59,393 bases of DNA from an uncultured Acidimicrobiales bacterium (GTDB lineage Bacteria; Actinomycetota; Acidimicrobiia; Acidimicrobiales; SHLQ01). The stretch covers positions 1-59,393 of the forward strand of contig CAJQNJ010000133.1 in assembly GCA_905479685.1 (NCBI GenBank), in the 5' to 3' direction. The notes below the pieces were generated by a model. The model did not search any database. It was not told where the DNA came from and saw only the letters and a program-made list of their open reading frames with translations. The position numbers and the translations under genes were made by a program. Positions 37,953 to 46,810 of the stretch are shown one piece after another (position 1 is the first letter of the stretch; the number at the start of each line of letters is the position of its first letter).

Positions 37953-38477
37953 TCAGAGATCGATGAGCGCGTGCACTGTTCGAACGTTGCGCCCCGTCAG
38001 CGTGCAGCCGGCAGCTCGCTCGAGCTGGTCGACAGACAGCTTCGACTTGCCCTGGCCGTTCTCGTACGACACGTAGACGGCGTCGACACTTGCAGAGATC
38101 TCGTCGCCGGGCCAGCGTTCTGGGTCCATTGCGTCAACACCAGCGACGTCGACAGCAGCACCAGGGAAGTACACCAACTGACGTGTTGGGTCGCCGTCGT
38201 CGTCGAATGGACTTGCGTCCAGGATGGCAGCGATCGTCGACTGTTCGACCACCACGACGGGAACGCTCAGTTCAAAGTATTCGGCGAGAAGATCTTCGAC
38301 CAAAGAGACCATGTCGCGCGGGTCGAGCTCGGAGTCGAGTGCGATGTTGCCACTCTGGATGTAACTGGTCACGCTGGTGCCACCGGCGCCCTCGAGTTCC
38401 GATCGCAACTCGGCCATTGGCACCGTGTTGCGGCCGCTGACGTTCACCCCCCGGAGCAAGACGATCAGTCGACGCAT
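37953..38477 (-). CDS. DUF1697 family protein
   Basis: LLRGVNVSG, MAELR, SYIQSGN, TGRNVRTV. Confidence 0.85.
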   Translation of the reverse strand: MRRLIVLLRGVNVSGRNTVPMAELRSELEGAGGTSVTSYIQSGNIALDSELDPRDMVSLVEDLLAEYFELSVPVVVVEQSTIAAILDASPFDDDGDPTRQLVYFPGAAVDVAGVDAMDPERWPGDEISASVDAVYVSYENGQGKSKLSVDQLERAAGCTLTGRNVRTVHALIDL

Positions 38478-38505
38478 GAGCAAACCATAGGCAACCTCGG
38501 CGCGA

Positions 38506-39291
38506 TCATGGGCCAATGAGCGCGCTGGACCGCTCCTCGACGATGTCGAGAAGTTCGGCACCGAGTGTTGGGAGTAGGTCTTGGGAGAAGCGGTAGCTCG
38601 GTCCGTACACGCTCACCGTGGCTCGAAGCTCGCCCACTTCATCGAGAATCGGAACGGCAAGTCCGTTGACCCCGAGGTCGAGTTCTTGATCGGTCCATGC
38701 GTACCCGGTCGTTCGAATGCGACGCACCCGTTGAAGAAGCGCTCGAGACGATGTCACCGATGTAGGGGTTGGGCCGTCCAGTTCGGTTGCGAGGTACGCG
38801 TCGAGCCGTGCCTTTGGCCACCAGGCCATCGTCAACAACCCCGGCGCGACGAGATGAAAGGCATGTCGTTCGCTCGTGACATCGGGGACAGATACGGGAT
38901 TCTGTGAGCGGACCTGCGCGAGGTACAGCAGAGAGTCCCCATCATCGATCGAAAGTGCTGCGTTCTCTCCAATGGTCGATGCAAGTTCTGACAAGAGCGG
39001 TCGGAGCTGATCGCCCAGCATTGGTTTGGCTGCGTCAGGCTGCAGCGTGACGAGTGCGGTGCCGGGAAGGACCGACCCATCTGCAGCTCGCGAGACCATC
39101 CCGAGGTCGGCAAGCGTGCCAACGTGGCGGGCCACCGTCGAGCGGGGGAGTCCGCTCCTTCGACTGAGCTCTCGGATTCCGACCGATTCACCAGCGGCCA
39201 CGACGGTCTGGAGCAGCCGAAAGGCACGATCGATTGGACTCTCACCCGGCCCCTGCTGCGATGGTGTTGACTGCGCCTCGGTGGAAACCAT
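38506..39291 (-). CDS. IclR family transcriptional regulator
   Basis: IDRAFRLL, ELSRRSGLPRSTVAR, GYAWTDQE, LAVPI. Confidence 0.9.
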   Translation of the reverse strand: MVSTEAQSTPSQQGPGESPIDRAFRLLQTVVAAGESVGIRELSRRSGLPRSTVARHVGTLADLGMVSRAADGSVLPGTALVTLQPDAAKPMLGDQLRPLLSELASTIGENAALSIDDGDSLLYLAQVRSQNPVSVPDVTSERHAFHLVAPGLLTMAWWPKARLDAYLATELDGPTPTSVTSSRALLQRVRRIRTTGYAWTDQELDLGVNGLAVPILDEVGELRATVSVYGPSYRFSQDLLPTLGAELLDIVEERSSALIGP

Positions 39292-39315
39292 ACGATTGAA
39301 ACCTAGCAGATAGGA

Positions 39316-39334
39316 CGTCCCGTTCAACGGGACG
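39316..39334. promoter_or_regulatory. Perfect palindrome CGTCCCGTT-C-AACGGGACG; candidate IclR operator
   Basis: 9-bp inverted arms in the 60-bp gap between the IclR gene and the divergent dioxygenase. Confidence 0.55.
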
Positions 39335-39351
39335 CGGGTTGAGGGGGACTC

Positions 39352-40563
39352 GTGGAAAAACCGATCATTCCAACTCCCGACTTCTATGCGTACCCGTCGT
39401 CACCGCTCGATTCGGTACTCCTCGACGACCGGTTTGCTCTGCTCGGATGGGCCGACGGCACAACGCTCGAGGCCTTCGACTTCTGGCTGCGAGAAAACGC
39501 AGTGGGCGCTGGGGGCGTCGACCTTGCCACACGCGAGGGTCTGCTCGACCCTGCCGAGTTGCACGACGGCATCAGAATGCTCGATGCATCGATCGGCGAC
39601 GATGGCTCGCTGCACATTCGCTGGGCACCCGATGGCGTGGAGGCCACCTATCACTCCGGTTGGCTCCGCCACGTCGCCGATGGCAATCATCGGCCCGATA
39701 GCTGGTTGCCCGACCCGGTGCTGTGGACCGCTGCCACATTGCCAGAACCGCCAACCCACGAGGGTGCGGTAGTACTCGAGGACGACGAGATGTTCGGTAG
39801 ATGGCTGGAGGACCTGATGCGCTACGGCCTCTCGCGCCTGCGCCACTGCCCTACGGATGAACACTTCAACATCGAGTTCTCGCGCCGTATTGGTGCCGTC
39901 CGCGACACGAACTTCGGTCCGATATGGGACGTCAAGGCAGATGTGCAGATGGCTGGCCATGCCGACACGAACAGCACCGCGAACACCAACCTTCGTCTCG
40001 GGCCGCACACCGATTTGCCTACTCGAGAGACTCCTCCCGGATTCCAGTTTCTGCACTGCATCGAGAACGAGGCGGGTGGGGGCTACTCGACGATGGCTGA
40101 TGGAGCGGCGGTGGTCGAGGCGCTCGAGGTCGAGCACCCAGAGCACTACGAGGCCTTGACCACACTCAACTGGATCTTCTTCAACCGCGGTCCCGGTATC
40201 GACCATCGATGGTCCGGGCCGTTCATCGATCATGGGGTCGCGGGTTCACCCCTGACGCTTCGAGCGTTCTACCCCGTCAGAGGATTTCCCGACATGGATC
40301 CCCACGACATGCCGCGTGCCTACGCGGCGATGACATGTTTCAGCCAAATGGCAGCAAGCGATCGGTTCCAGATCGCCTACCCATTCGAGCCAGGTGATCT
40401 CGTCGGTTTCGACAACCGGCGTATTCTTCACGGCCGTGAGGCGTTCGAGACCGGAGGCAAGCGCCATCTGCGCGGCATCTACATCGACCAGGACGAGGTT
40501 CGGTCCACTGCACGAGTCACGAGCCGACGCCTCGCCGCCCACCACAGATCTGTGCAGGTGTAG
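39352..40563 (+). CDS. Gamma-butyrobetaine dioxygenase-like (TauD/TfdA family)
   Basis: N-terminal GBBH-like domain (WLREN...WLR), RDTNFG, LGPHTDLPTRE, FLHC, FDNRRILHGR; adjacent to carnitine catabolic genes. Confidence 0.82.
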   Translation: MEKPIIPTPDFYAYPSSPLDSVLLDDRFALLGWADGTTLEAFDFWLRENAVGAGGVDLATREGLLDPAELHDGIRMLDASIGDDGSLHIRWAPDGVEATYHSGWLRHVADGNHRPDSWLPDPVLWTAATLPEPPTHEGAVVLEDDEMFGRWLEDLMRYGLSRLRHCPTDEHFNIEFSRRIGAVRDTNFGPIWDVKADVQMAGHADTNSTANTNLRLGPHTDLPTRETPPGFQFLHCIENEAGGGYSTMADGAAVVEALEVEHPEHYEALTTLNWIFFNRGPGIDHRWSGPFIDHGVAGSPLTLRAFYPVRGFPDMDPHDMPRAYAAMTCFSQMAASDRFQIAYPFEPGDLVGFDNRRILHGREAFETGGKRHLRGIYIDQDEVRSTARVTSRRLAAHHRSVQV

Positions 40564-40640
40564 GTGTCAGACAGGCACCTGGTGCTGCACAGATCCGTAA
40601 GTCCGACGAACGACCCAATGAAGAGATAGAGAGAGTCGAT

Positions 40641-41558
40641 ATGCCAGAACAGATTCACGCCGGGACAAAACATGAGGGTGTGTTCATCACCTGCGCAGTC
40701 ACAGGTGGTGGCGCGACCACACACAAATCCGACAAGGTGCCAGTCACCCCCGAACAAATTGCGAACAGTTGCATCGAGGCCGCCAAGGCAGGTGCCGCAA
40801 TCACCCACATCCATGTCCGCGAAGACGATGGCTCGCCGTCTCGAGATGTCGGAAAGTATGCCGAGGTCGTCGAGCGCGTCCGGGAGAGCGACACCGATGT
40901 CGTCCTCAACTTGACCGCCGGCATGGGCGGAGACATCGTGCTCGGCGGCGTCGAGACGCCCCTGCCACCCGCCGTCGATGGCACCGACATGGTTGGTGCG
41001 ACCGAACGAGTCGAGCACGTCCGGCAACTGAAACCCGAGATCTGCACGCTCGACTGCGGAACGATGAACTTCGGCGAGGGTGACTACGTCATGACCAACA
41101 CGCCCAGTCAGCTCGAAGAGATGGCTCGGCAGATGACCGAGATCGGCACCCGTATCGAGATCGAGGCGTTCGACACCGGGCACCTCGCCCATGCGAAGGC
41201 CTTGGTGCGACGAGGCATCATTCCCGAGCCTGCGATGGTGCAACTCTGTATGGGTGTCCCGTGGGGTGCACCCGATGACCTGAACACCTTCATGGCCATG
41301 CGCAACAACATCCCCGACGATTGGACCTTCTCCGCGTTCAGCATCGGCCGCAACCAACTGAGGTACGTTGCCCTCGCCGCCTTCGCTGGTGGCAACGTTC
41401 GTGTCGGTCTCGAGGACAACATCTATCTCGACCGCGGCGTCCTCGCCACCAACGGCGAACTCGTGGAGCGAGCTGCGACGATTCTTCACGCGCAGAACTA
41501 CACCATCCTGACGCCGGCACAAGTTCGTGAGAACCTGCAACTCACCAAGCACGGCTGA
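40641..41558 (+). CDS. cdhC: Beta-keto acid cleavage enzyme (BKACE/DUF849), likely 3-dehydrocarnitine cleavage enzyme
   Basis: ITCAVTG, HIHVR, NLTAGMGG, PEICTLDCG, RVGLEDN; directly upstream of carnitine dehydrogenase. Confidence 0.82.
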   Translation: MPEQIHAGTKHEGVFITCAVTGGGATTHKSDKVPVTPEQIANSCIEAAKAGAAITHIHVREDDGSPSRDVGKYAEVVERVRESDTDVVLNLTAGMGGDIVLGGVETPLPPAVDGTDMVGATERVEHVRQLKPEICTLDCGTMNFGEGDYVMTNTPSQLEEMARQMTEIGTRIEIEAFDTGHLAHAKALVRRGIIPEPAMVQLCMGVPWGAPDDLNTFMAMRNNIPDDWTFSAFSIGRNQLRYVALAAFAGGNVRVGLEDNIYLDRGVLATNGELVERAATILHAQNYTILTPAQVRENLQLTKHG

Positions 41559-41563
41559 CGGAC

Positions 41564-42547
41564 ATGGATGACATCGAACCGATCTCGATTCAGCAGGCTG
41601 CTGTCGTAGGGTGCGGCGTCATCGGTGCCGCGTGGGCGAGTCGAATGCTGCTCAATGGGGTGAACGTGGCGGTTTCGGACCCCTCGCCGAACGCCGAGCA
41701 GATTCTGCAGGAGGTGCTCGCCAACGCGGTTGCCGCATACGACGAGCTTGGTCTTCCCACCGATCGCCAGGGCAGGTATCGCATCGCATCATCGATTGCT
41801 GATGCCGTAGAAGATGCCCAGTTCATCCAGGAGAGTGTGCCCGAGCGTCCCGACATCAAGGCTGCGGTCCTGGCCGAGATCGAAGCCGCGGCGCCGGTCG
41901 ATTCGATCATCGGGTCGTCGACTTCGGGCATCAAACCAACGGTGATGCAAGCAACGATGACCCACCCCGAGCGGCTCGTCGTCGGACATCCCTACAACCC
42001 GGTCTACCTCTTGCCCGTGGTTGAAGTCGTGGGAGGCGAACACACGCCGATCGAGAACATCCGGCATGCCCAGGCGATCTATGCGGGCATCGGAATGCGA
42101 CCGATCCATGTGCGCGTCGAGATCGATGCGTTCGTGGGTGACCGCCTGCTCGAAGCGGTGTGGCGCGAAGCCCTGTGGCTCGTCAACGACGGTGTGGCGA
42201 CCACACAAGAAATCGACGACATCATGACCCACGGCTTCGGGCTGCGATGGGCGCAGATGGGACTCTTCGAAACGTACCGAGTAGCGGGTGGCGCTGGTGG
42301 CTTCCGACATTTCATCGAACAGTTCGGCCCCACGCTCGAGTGGCCGTGGACCAAGCTGATGGACACGCCGGACTTCACACCCGAGTTGGTCGACACCCTT
42401 GTGGCGCAGTCCGACGCACAGTCGGGCATGCACTCGGTTCGTGCCCTCGAACGTACGCGAGATCAAAACGTGGTTGGGTTCCTCAAAGTGCTCGAAGCCA
42501 ACGATTGGGGTGCTGGAAGAACAATCGCCCAGCATCGCTCGAGGTAG
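41564..42547 (+). CDS. cdhA: L-carnitine 3-dehydrogenase (3-hydroxyacyl-CoA dehydrogenase family)
   Basis: GCGVIGAAWA, IQESVPE, SSTSG, HPYNPVYLLP, DRLLEAVWREAL, GLRWAQMGLF, WPWTKL. Confidence 0.85.
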   Translation: MDDIEPISIQQAAVVGCGVIGAAWASRMLLNGVNVAVSDPSPNAEQILQEVLANAVAAYDELGLPTDRQGRYRIASSIADAVEDAQFIQESVPERPDIKAAVLAEIEAAAPVDSIIGSSTSGIKPTVMQATMTHPERLVVGHPYNPVYLLPVVEVVGGEHTPIENIRHAQAIYAGIGMRPIHVRVEIDAFVGDRLLEAVWREALWLVNDGVATTQEIDDIMTHGFGLRWAQMGLFETYRVAGGAGGFRHFIEQFGPTLEWPWTKLMDTPDFTPELVDTLVAQSDAQSGMHSVRALERTRDQNVVGFLKVLEANDWGAGRTIAQHRSR

Positions 42548-42586
42548 CCACACCGGGGCTGCCAGGCGCGGAGGGTTTGGATACAT

Positions 42587-43351
42587 ATGAGAATCACCAC
42601 GTTTCTCGGGACAACGCTGCTCGTGCTGTTGGGTACGGTCGCCTGTGGGTCGACGACGTCAGCGGAGGTGCGCGAGACTCCAGATGTGCCCACGACCCCA
42701 CCGGTGATCGAGCCTGGCACGACGGCGGTCGGTGCCGTAGAGATCGACGGGGTGATGATCGACTACGTGACCTTCGTACCCGACGGCTTCAGTATTGGCG
42801 ATGAGGCTCCGCTGCTTCTGGCCCTTCCGCCAGGCGGACAGGATCTCGACCTTGCGCGAGGGGTGATGATCGGTACGTACACACCCGAGGCGACCAGGCT
42901 CGGATGGGTCGTCGTCTCTCCCGCCGCTCCCAACGGTGAGCTGTTTTTCCAGGGTTCGGAGTCGCTGCTACCCGGATTCCTCGATTGGGTGGAGTCCTGG
43001 GTCGCCCCCGAGGGCGGTTCGCCACACGTCGCTGGCGTCAGCAACGGAGGCATCAGCACGTTTCGCTACGCTGCGCAGAATCCGGATCGGGTGTTGTCGA
43101 TGATCACCTTCCCAGGATTTCCACGGTCCGATGATGACAAGGCCGCCCTCGACCAGTTGACCGACGTGCCGATCCGGATGTTCGTAGGTGGCATCGATAC
43201 GGACTGGATTCCTCCAGCCGAGGAGACCGTGGCAACGTTCACTGACCTCGGCGGCGACATCGAGCTCACGATCTTCGATCGCGAGGGACACGTCATGCGA
43301 TCGATGTCTGACGGCGTACTTCTCTTCGAACAGCTCGAGAGCTTCCGCTAG
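42587..43351 (+). CDS. Putative lipoprotein alpha/beta hydrolase (esterase-like)
   Basis: Lipobox TVAC, nucleophile elbow GVSNGG, downstream D and GH candidates. Confidence 0.7.
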   Translation: MRITTFLGTTLLVLLGTVACGSTTSAEVRETPDVPTTPPVIEPGTTAVGAVEIDGVMIDYVTFVPDGFSIGDEAPLLLALPPGGQDLDLARGVMIGTYTPEATRLGWVVVSPAAPNGELFFQGSESLLPGFLDWVESWVAPEGGSPHVAGVSNGGISTFRYAAQNPDRVLSMITFPGFPRSDDDKAALDQLTDVPIRMFVGGIDTDWIPPAEETVATFTDLGGDIELTIFDREGHVMRSMSDGVLLFEQLESFR

Positions 43352-44259
43352 CGACGTGAGGTCACGACCGGGTCCCGGTTGCCCACAAAGAGGTCTGACC
43401 CCCCGAAATCCCCACCGAAATCGAGTTCCTTTCGTGCAGGATGCATCGCCAAGAGTTGTTGCGCGCGTTGGATGTCAACAACGGTGTCATCGGTCCTTTG
43501 GCACCCTTCGCACCAGATCGTCCGTCGATTCCACGGGCAGTTCGAACCGGACCTCCGATGCAAGATCGAACCACAGATCGGGCAATCCCGACGTGTTGTC
43601 CCCAGTATCCACTGATCAGATGTCGAGAGCTTGCGTCCCGTCGTGTTCTGTGGGCCGAGTCGGGCATTTGCTCGGATGAGTGCCGCGCCGATCGAAAGCA
43701 GCGCGTCGAGGCCGTCGATCGTGCCCACGGTCGTCATCGGGGCGATGCCACAGATGAACGGAACCTCCACTGCATAGACGTTCCCGAATCCAGCCACGTT
43801 GCGTTGATCGAGGAGTGCGGCACCCAGGTGAGCATCGGAGTCTGCGGCAACTCGGTCGATCGCAACATCGAGGTCGAGTGCCCCACAAAGATCTGGGCCA
43901 AGGTGTCCGATGAAGTCTCCGGTTTTCGACGTCGGGATGAGGTGAAGAAGCGGAATGTCGACACCGGTGAGCGTCTTGCCCTCGAACTCGATCTCGAACC
44001 GTCGGCGCCACTCCTCTGCAATCGGTCGGCGTCCGAGATGAACCTGTCCCTGCATGAGGAGGTGGATGTGTAGGGACCGGTCATCGTCCCAGTTCAAGAA
44101 CAGGTGCTTGCCATGTGAAGTGGCGCCGATGAGTACACGACCCGAGAGATCGGCCGTCGCGAGACGAGGGTGTCGAAAGATCGATGCCAACGCTCGCGCT
44201 CCCGAGAGCCGCTCGTTGATCTTCGAGGCGAGACGAAGGATGGTGTCGCCCTCTGGCAT
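43348..44259 (-). CDS. Fpg/Nei family DNA glycosylase
   Basis: N-terminal MPEGDT, HGKHL, HLLMQG, H2TH LLDQRNVAGFGNVY, zinc finger CPIC...WCEGCQ; GGAGG RBS. Confidence 0.92.
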   Translation of the reverse strand: MPEGDTILRLASKINERLSGARALASIFRHPRLATADLSGRVLIGATSHGKHLFLNWDDDRSLHIHLLMQGQVHLGRRPIAEEWRRRFEIEFEGKTLTGVDIPLLHLIPTSKTGDFIGHLGPDLCGALDLDVAIDRVAADSDAHLGAALLDQRNVAGFGNVYAVEVPFICGIAPMTTVGTIDGLDALLSIGAALIRANARLGPQNTTGRKLSTSDQWILGTTRRDCPICGSILHRRSGSNCPWNRRTIWCEGCQRTDDTVVDIQRAQQLLAMHPARKELDFGGDFGGSDLFVGNRDPVVTSRR

Positions 44260-44446
44260 GGCCTCCTCCTCGGTTCAGAATCTGTTCATCGTAGCCATGG
44301 TGACCACTGCGTCCCAGAGCCTCAGACCCTCCTTGCCCGGGAGTGCGGGTGAGGGGTGGTCGAGACGAGGCGTAGTACTCACTCCTCAGAATTCCACGAT
44401 ACGGAAGCCAATATTGAGGACTTCCACAACCAGGTAAGGTCAGAAG

Positions 44447-45169
44447 GTGGCTGTGCAGAGCGTGGATCGAGCGTTGCGACTACTCGAGGCCATTGGAGAA
44501 AAGCCCTGTGGTCTGGCAGAGGTCGCCGAACGTGTTGGGTTGCCACTCAGCACCACGTCACGAATCCTGTCCACGCTCGAAGCGCGTGAAGCCATCGCTC
44601 GACGATCCGATGGCGTGTATGTCGTCGGTGCCATGGTGCAGAAACTGGCTGGCGCGGAGTCGGCGACCACCTCGAGTATCCAAGCCGCTGCGCACCCAGA
44701 GCTCGTAGCGCTGTCCGACAAGCTTGAGGAGGCGGCAGGTCTGTCCGTGCCCATCGGGCACCAGACGCTGACACTTCTACAGGTTGATGCGCCGAAGCCA
44801 GTGCAAGCGCAGGATTGGACGGGACACCGTTGGGCGATCACCGGCGGGGGTTCTGGTGCGGTCATGATGTCGACCTGGCCCGCGTCTCGAGTGGACCCGC
44901 TGCTCGAACACCTTCCGGCAGCGGAGCGAACCGAGCTACGTCGCGAGATCGCCGAAGCCCGCCGTCGGGGTGTGAGTTGGAGTCACGGCGATTACGTCGA
45001 TGGTCTGACGAGTGTGGCCGCTCCCGTGCTGATGTCGAACGGTCAAGCGGTAGCCGCGGTACTCGGGTACGGACCGTCCTATCGGTTCCCATCCAAGGGA
45101 GCGGTTCGACAAGTAGAGAAACTCGTCGTCCTCGCGGCTCGTGGCGTCTCGAAGCATTTGGAGTCGTGA
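44447..45169 (+). CDS. IclR family transcriptional regulator
   Basis: VQSVDRALRLL, VAERVGLPLSTTSRIL, SVAAPV. Confidence 0.9.
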   Translation: MAVQSVDRALRLLEAIGEKPCGLAEVAERVGLPLSTTSRILSTLEAREAIARRSDGVYVVGAMVQKLAGAESATTSSIQAAAHPELVALSDKLEEAAGLSVPIGHQTLTLLQVDAPKPVQAQDWTGHRWAITGGGSGAVMMSTWPASRVDPLLEHLPAAERTELRREIAEARRRGVSWSHGDYVDGLTSVAAPVLMSNGQAVAAVLGYGPSYRFPSKGAVRQVEKLVVLAARGVSKHLES

Positions 45170-46687
45170 ATGGTACGTAGAGGGCGAGCGCGGTCGACAG
45201 CGCTCGAGCCCGTGATCCATCAGCTGCCGTGGCGTCAGGTCGAGAACAGCCATGGGCCGCTGCCGATCCTGGATCCAGAGGGAGTTGAACGCATCCATGA
45301 GGCCTCGCTGCGGGTGCTCGAAGAACTCGGCATCGAGCTGTGGAGCGCAGAGGCACGCAAACTCTTCGCAGATGCGGGTGCATCGGTTGACGGCGAGATC
45401 GTTCGGGTGGGCCGTGACGTGATCGAAGCCGCGCTCGTGAGTGCGCCACGGTCATTCACGCTCACGTCACGCAATCCCGAGAAAGCTCTCGAGATCGGGG
45501 GCAACAAGATCGCGTTCGGTTTGGTCGCTGGTCCGCCCGCCGTGCACGACGAGGTGAACGGGCGCCGCTCATCGAACATGGAGGACTACGAGAACTTCAC
45601 CCGCCTCGCGCACTACTTCAATGCGATCCACATCCTCGGCAATCAAGTGGCAGCCCCACTCGAACTTGCAGCAAACAACCGCCATCTCGACACCTACCGG
45701 GCGAATCTCACGCTCTCTGACCTCTGCTTTCATTGCAGCGCGATCGGCAGTGGCCGGGCGCTCGACGGCATCGAGATGATGGCGATCAGTCGCGGAATCA
45801 GTGTGGAGGAGATCGCTCGGTCACCCGGAGTGATCACGGTGATCAACGTCAACTCCCCTCGTCGCTTCGACGAGGAAATGGCGAATGGGCTGATGACGAT
45901 GAGCCGTCATGGTCAGGCCGTTTCGGTCACTCCGTTCACCCTCATGGGAGCGATGACGCCCGTGACGCTTGCGGCCGGGCTGACGCAGCAGAACGCGGAG
46001 GCGCTCTTCGGCATTGCGCTGACCCAGCTCGCCAATCCCGGAGCCCCCGTCGTCTACGGGTCGTTCACGTCGAATGTGGACATGCGCTCTGGAGCACCTG
46101 CGTTCGGCACGCCAGAACACGCGAAGGCGAACGTTGCCTCAGGTCAGCTGGCGCGGCGCTACAACCTTCCCTACCGGTCCTCGAATTCGAGCGCGTCGAA
46201 CGTCGTCGACGCACAAGCCGCGTACGAAACCCAGATGTCGCTCTGGGGAAGTGTGCTCGGCGGGACGAACCTGCTGTACCACGCGGCTGGCTGGATGGAA
46301 GGTGGCCTACAAGCCAGCTACGAGAAGTTCATCATCGATGTCGAGATGCTCCAGCAGATGATGGAGTTCTTGACACCGATCGATCTGAGTGACGCAGCGC
46401 TGGCGTTCGACGCAATGGAGCGAGTGCCCACCGGCGGACACTTCTTCGGTGACGAACACACCCTCGAGCGGTACGAGCATGCGTTCTACTCGCCACTCGT
46501 GAGCGATTGGCAGAACAATGGCGCATGGCGGGACGCAGGATCGAAAACGGCGACGCAACGGGCGACAGAGGTCTGGCAAGCTGCCCTAGGCGATTATGAG
46601 CAACCACCCATGGACGGTGCCATCCGTGACGAGCTCGACGAGTACGTGGCTCATCGCAAAGAACAGATCGGATCCGGAGATCCATGA
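45170..46687 (+). CDS. Trimethylamine methyltransferase (MttB) superfamily protein, non-pyrrolysine (MtgB-like)
   Basis: IHEASLRVLEELG, NVNSPRRFD, GAMTPVTLA, SNVDMRSGAPAFGTPE, DAQAAYE, HAAGWMEGG, GGHFFG; no in-frame amber codon. Confidence 0.9.
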   Translation: MVRRGRARSTALEPVIHQLPWRQVENSHGPLPILDPEGVERIHEASLRVLEELGIELWSAEARKLFADAGASVDGEIVRVGRDVIEAALVSAPRSFTLTSRNPEKALEIGGNKIAFGLVAGPPAVHDEVNGRRSSNMEDYENFTRLAHYFNAIHILGNQVAAPLELAANNRHLDTYRANLTLSDLCFHCSAIGSGRALDGIEMMAISRGISVEEIARSPGVITVINVNSPRRFDEEMANGLMTMSRHGQAVSVTPFTLMGAMTPVTLAAGLTQQNAEALFGIALTQLANPGAPVVYGSFTSNVDMRSGAPAFGTPEHAKANVASGQLARRYNLPYRSSNSSASNVVDAQAAYETQMSLWGSVLGGTNLLYHAAGWMEGGLQASYEKFIIDVEMLQQMMEFLTPIDLSDAALAFDAMERVPTGGHFFGDEHTLERYEHAFYSPLVSDWQNNGAWRDAGSKTATQRATEVWQAALGDYEQPPMDGAIRDELDEYVAHRKEQIGSGDP

Positions 46688-46803
46688 GTGATCTCGACTC
46701 AACCGAATTCGGACGGGCCTTGCTGGCCTCGGCCGGAATCGTCACCGTGATCCTGGCGGGCGGAATTTCCCATCTCGTGATCTTCTACCGGTCGCAGGAT
46801 TGA
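46684..46803 (+). CDS. Putative 39-aa single-pass membrane peptide (MSDLDSTEFGRALLASAGIVTVILAGGISHLVIFYRSQD)
   Basis: ATG overlaps the mttB stop (ATGA); the ORF fills the gap to 7 nt before the next gene; hydrophobic core of about 20 residues. Below the ORF-track length cutoff. Confidence 0.55.
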   Translation: MSDLDSTEFGRALLASAGIVTVILAGGISHLVIFYRSQD

Positions 46804-46810
46804 GCCAGCA

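Noticed and set aside
45170-46687. Pyrrolysine-containing trimethylamine methyltransferase
   Set aside because: The ORF is uninterrupted, with no in-frame TAG and no pyl genes in the window.
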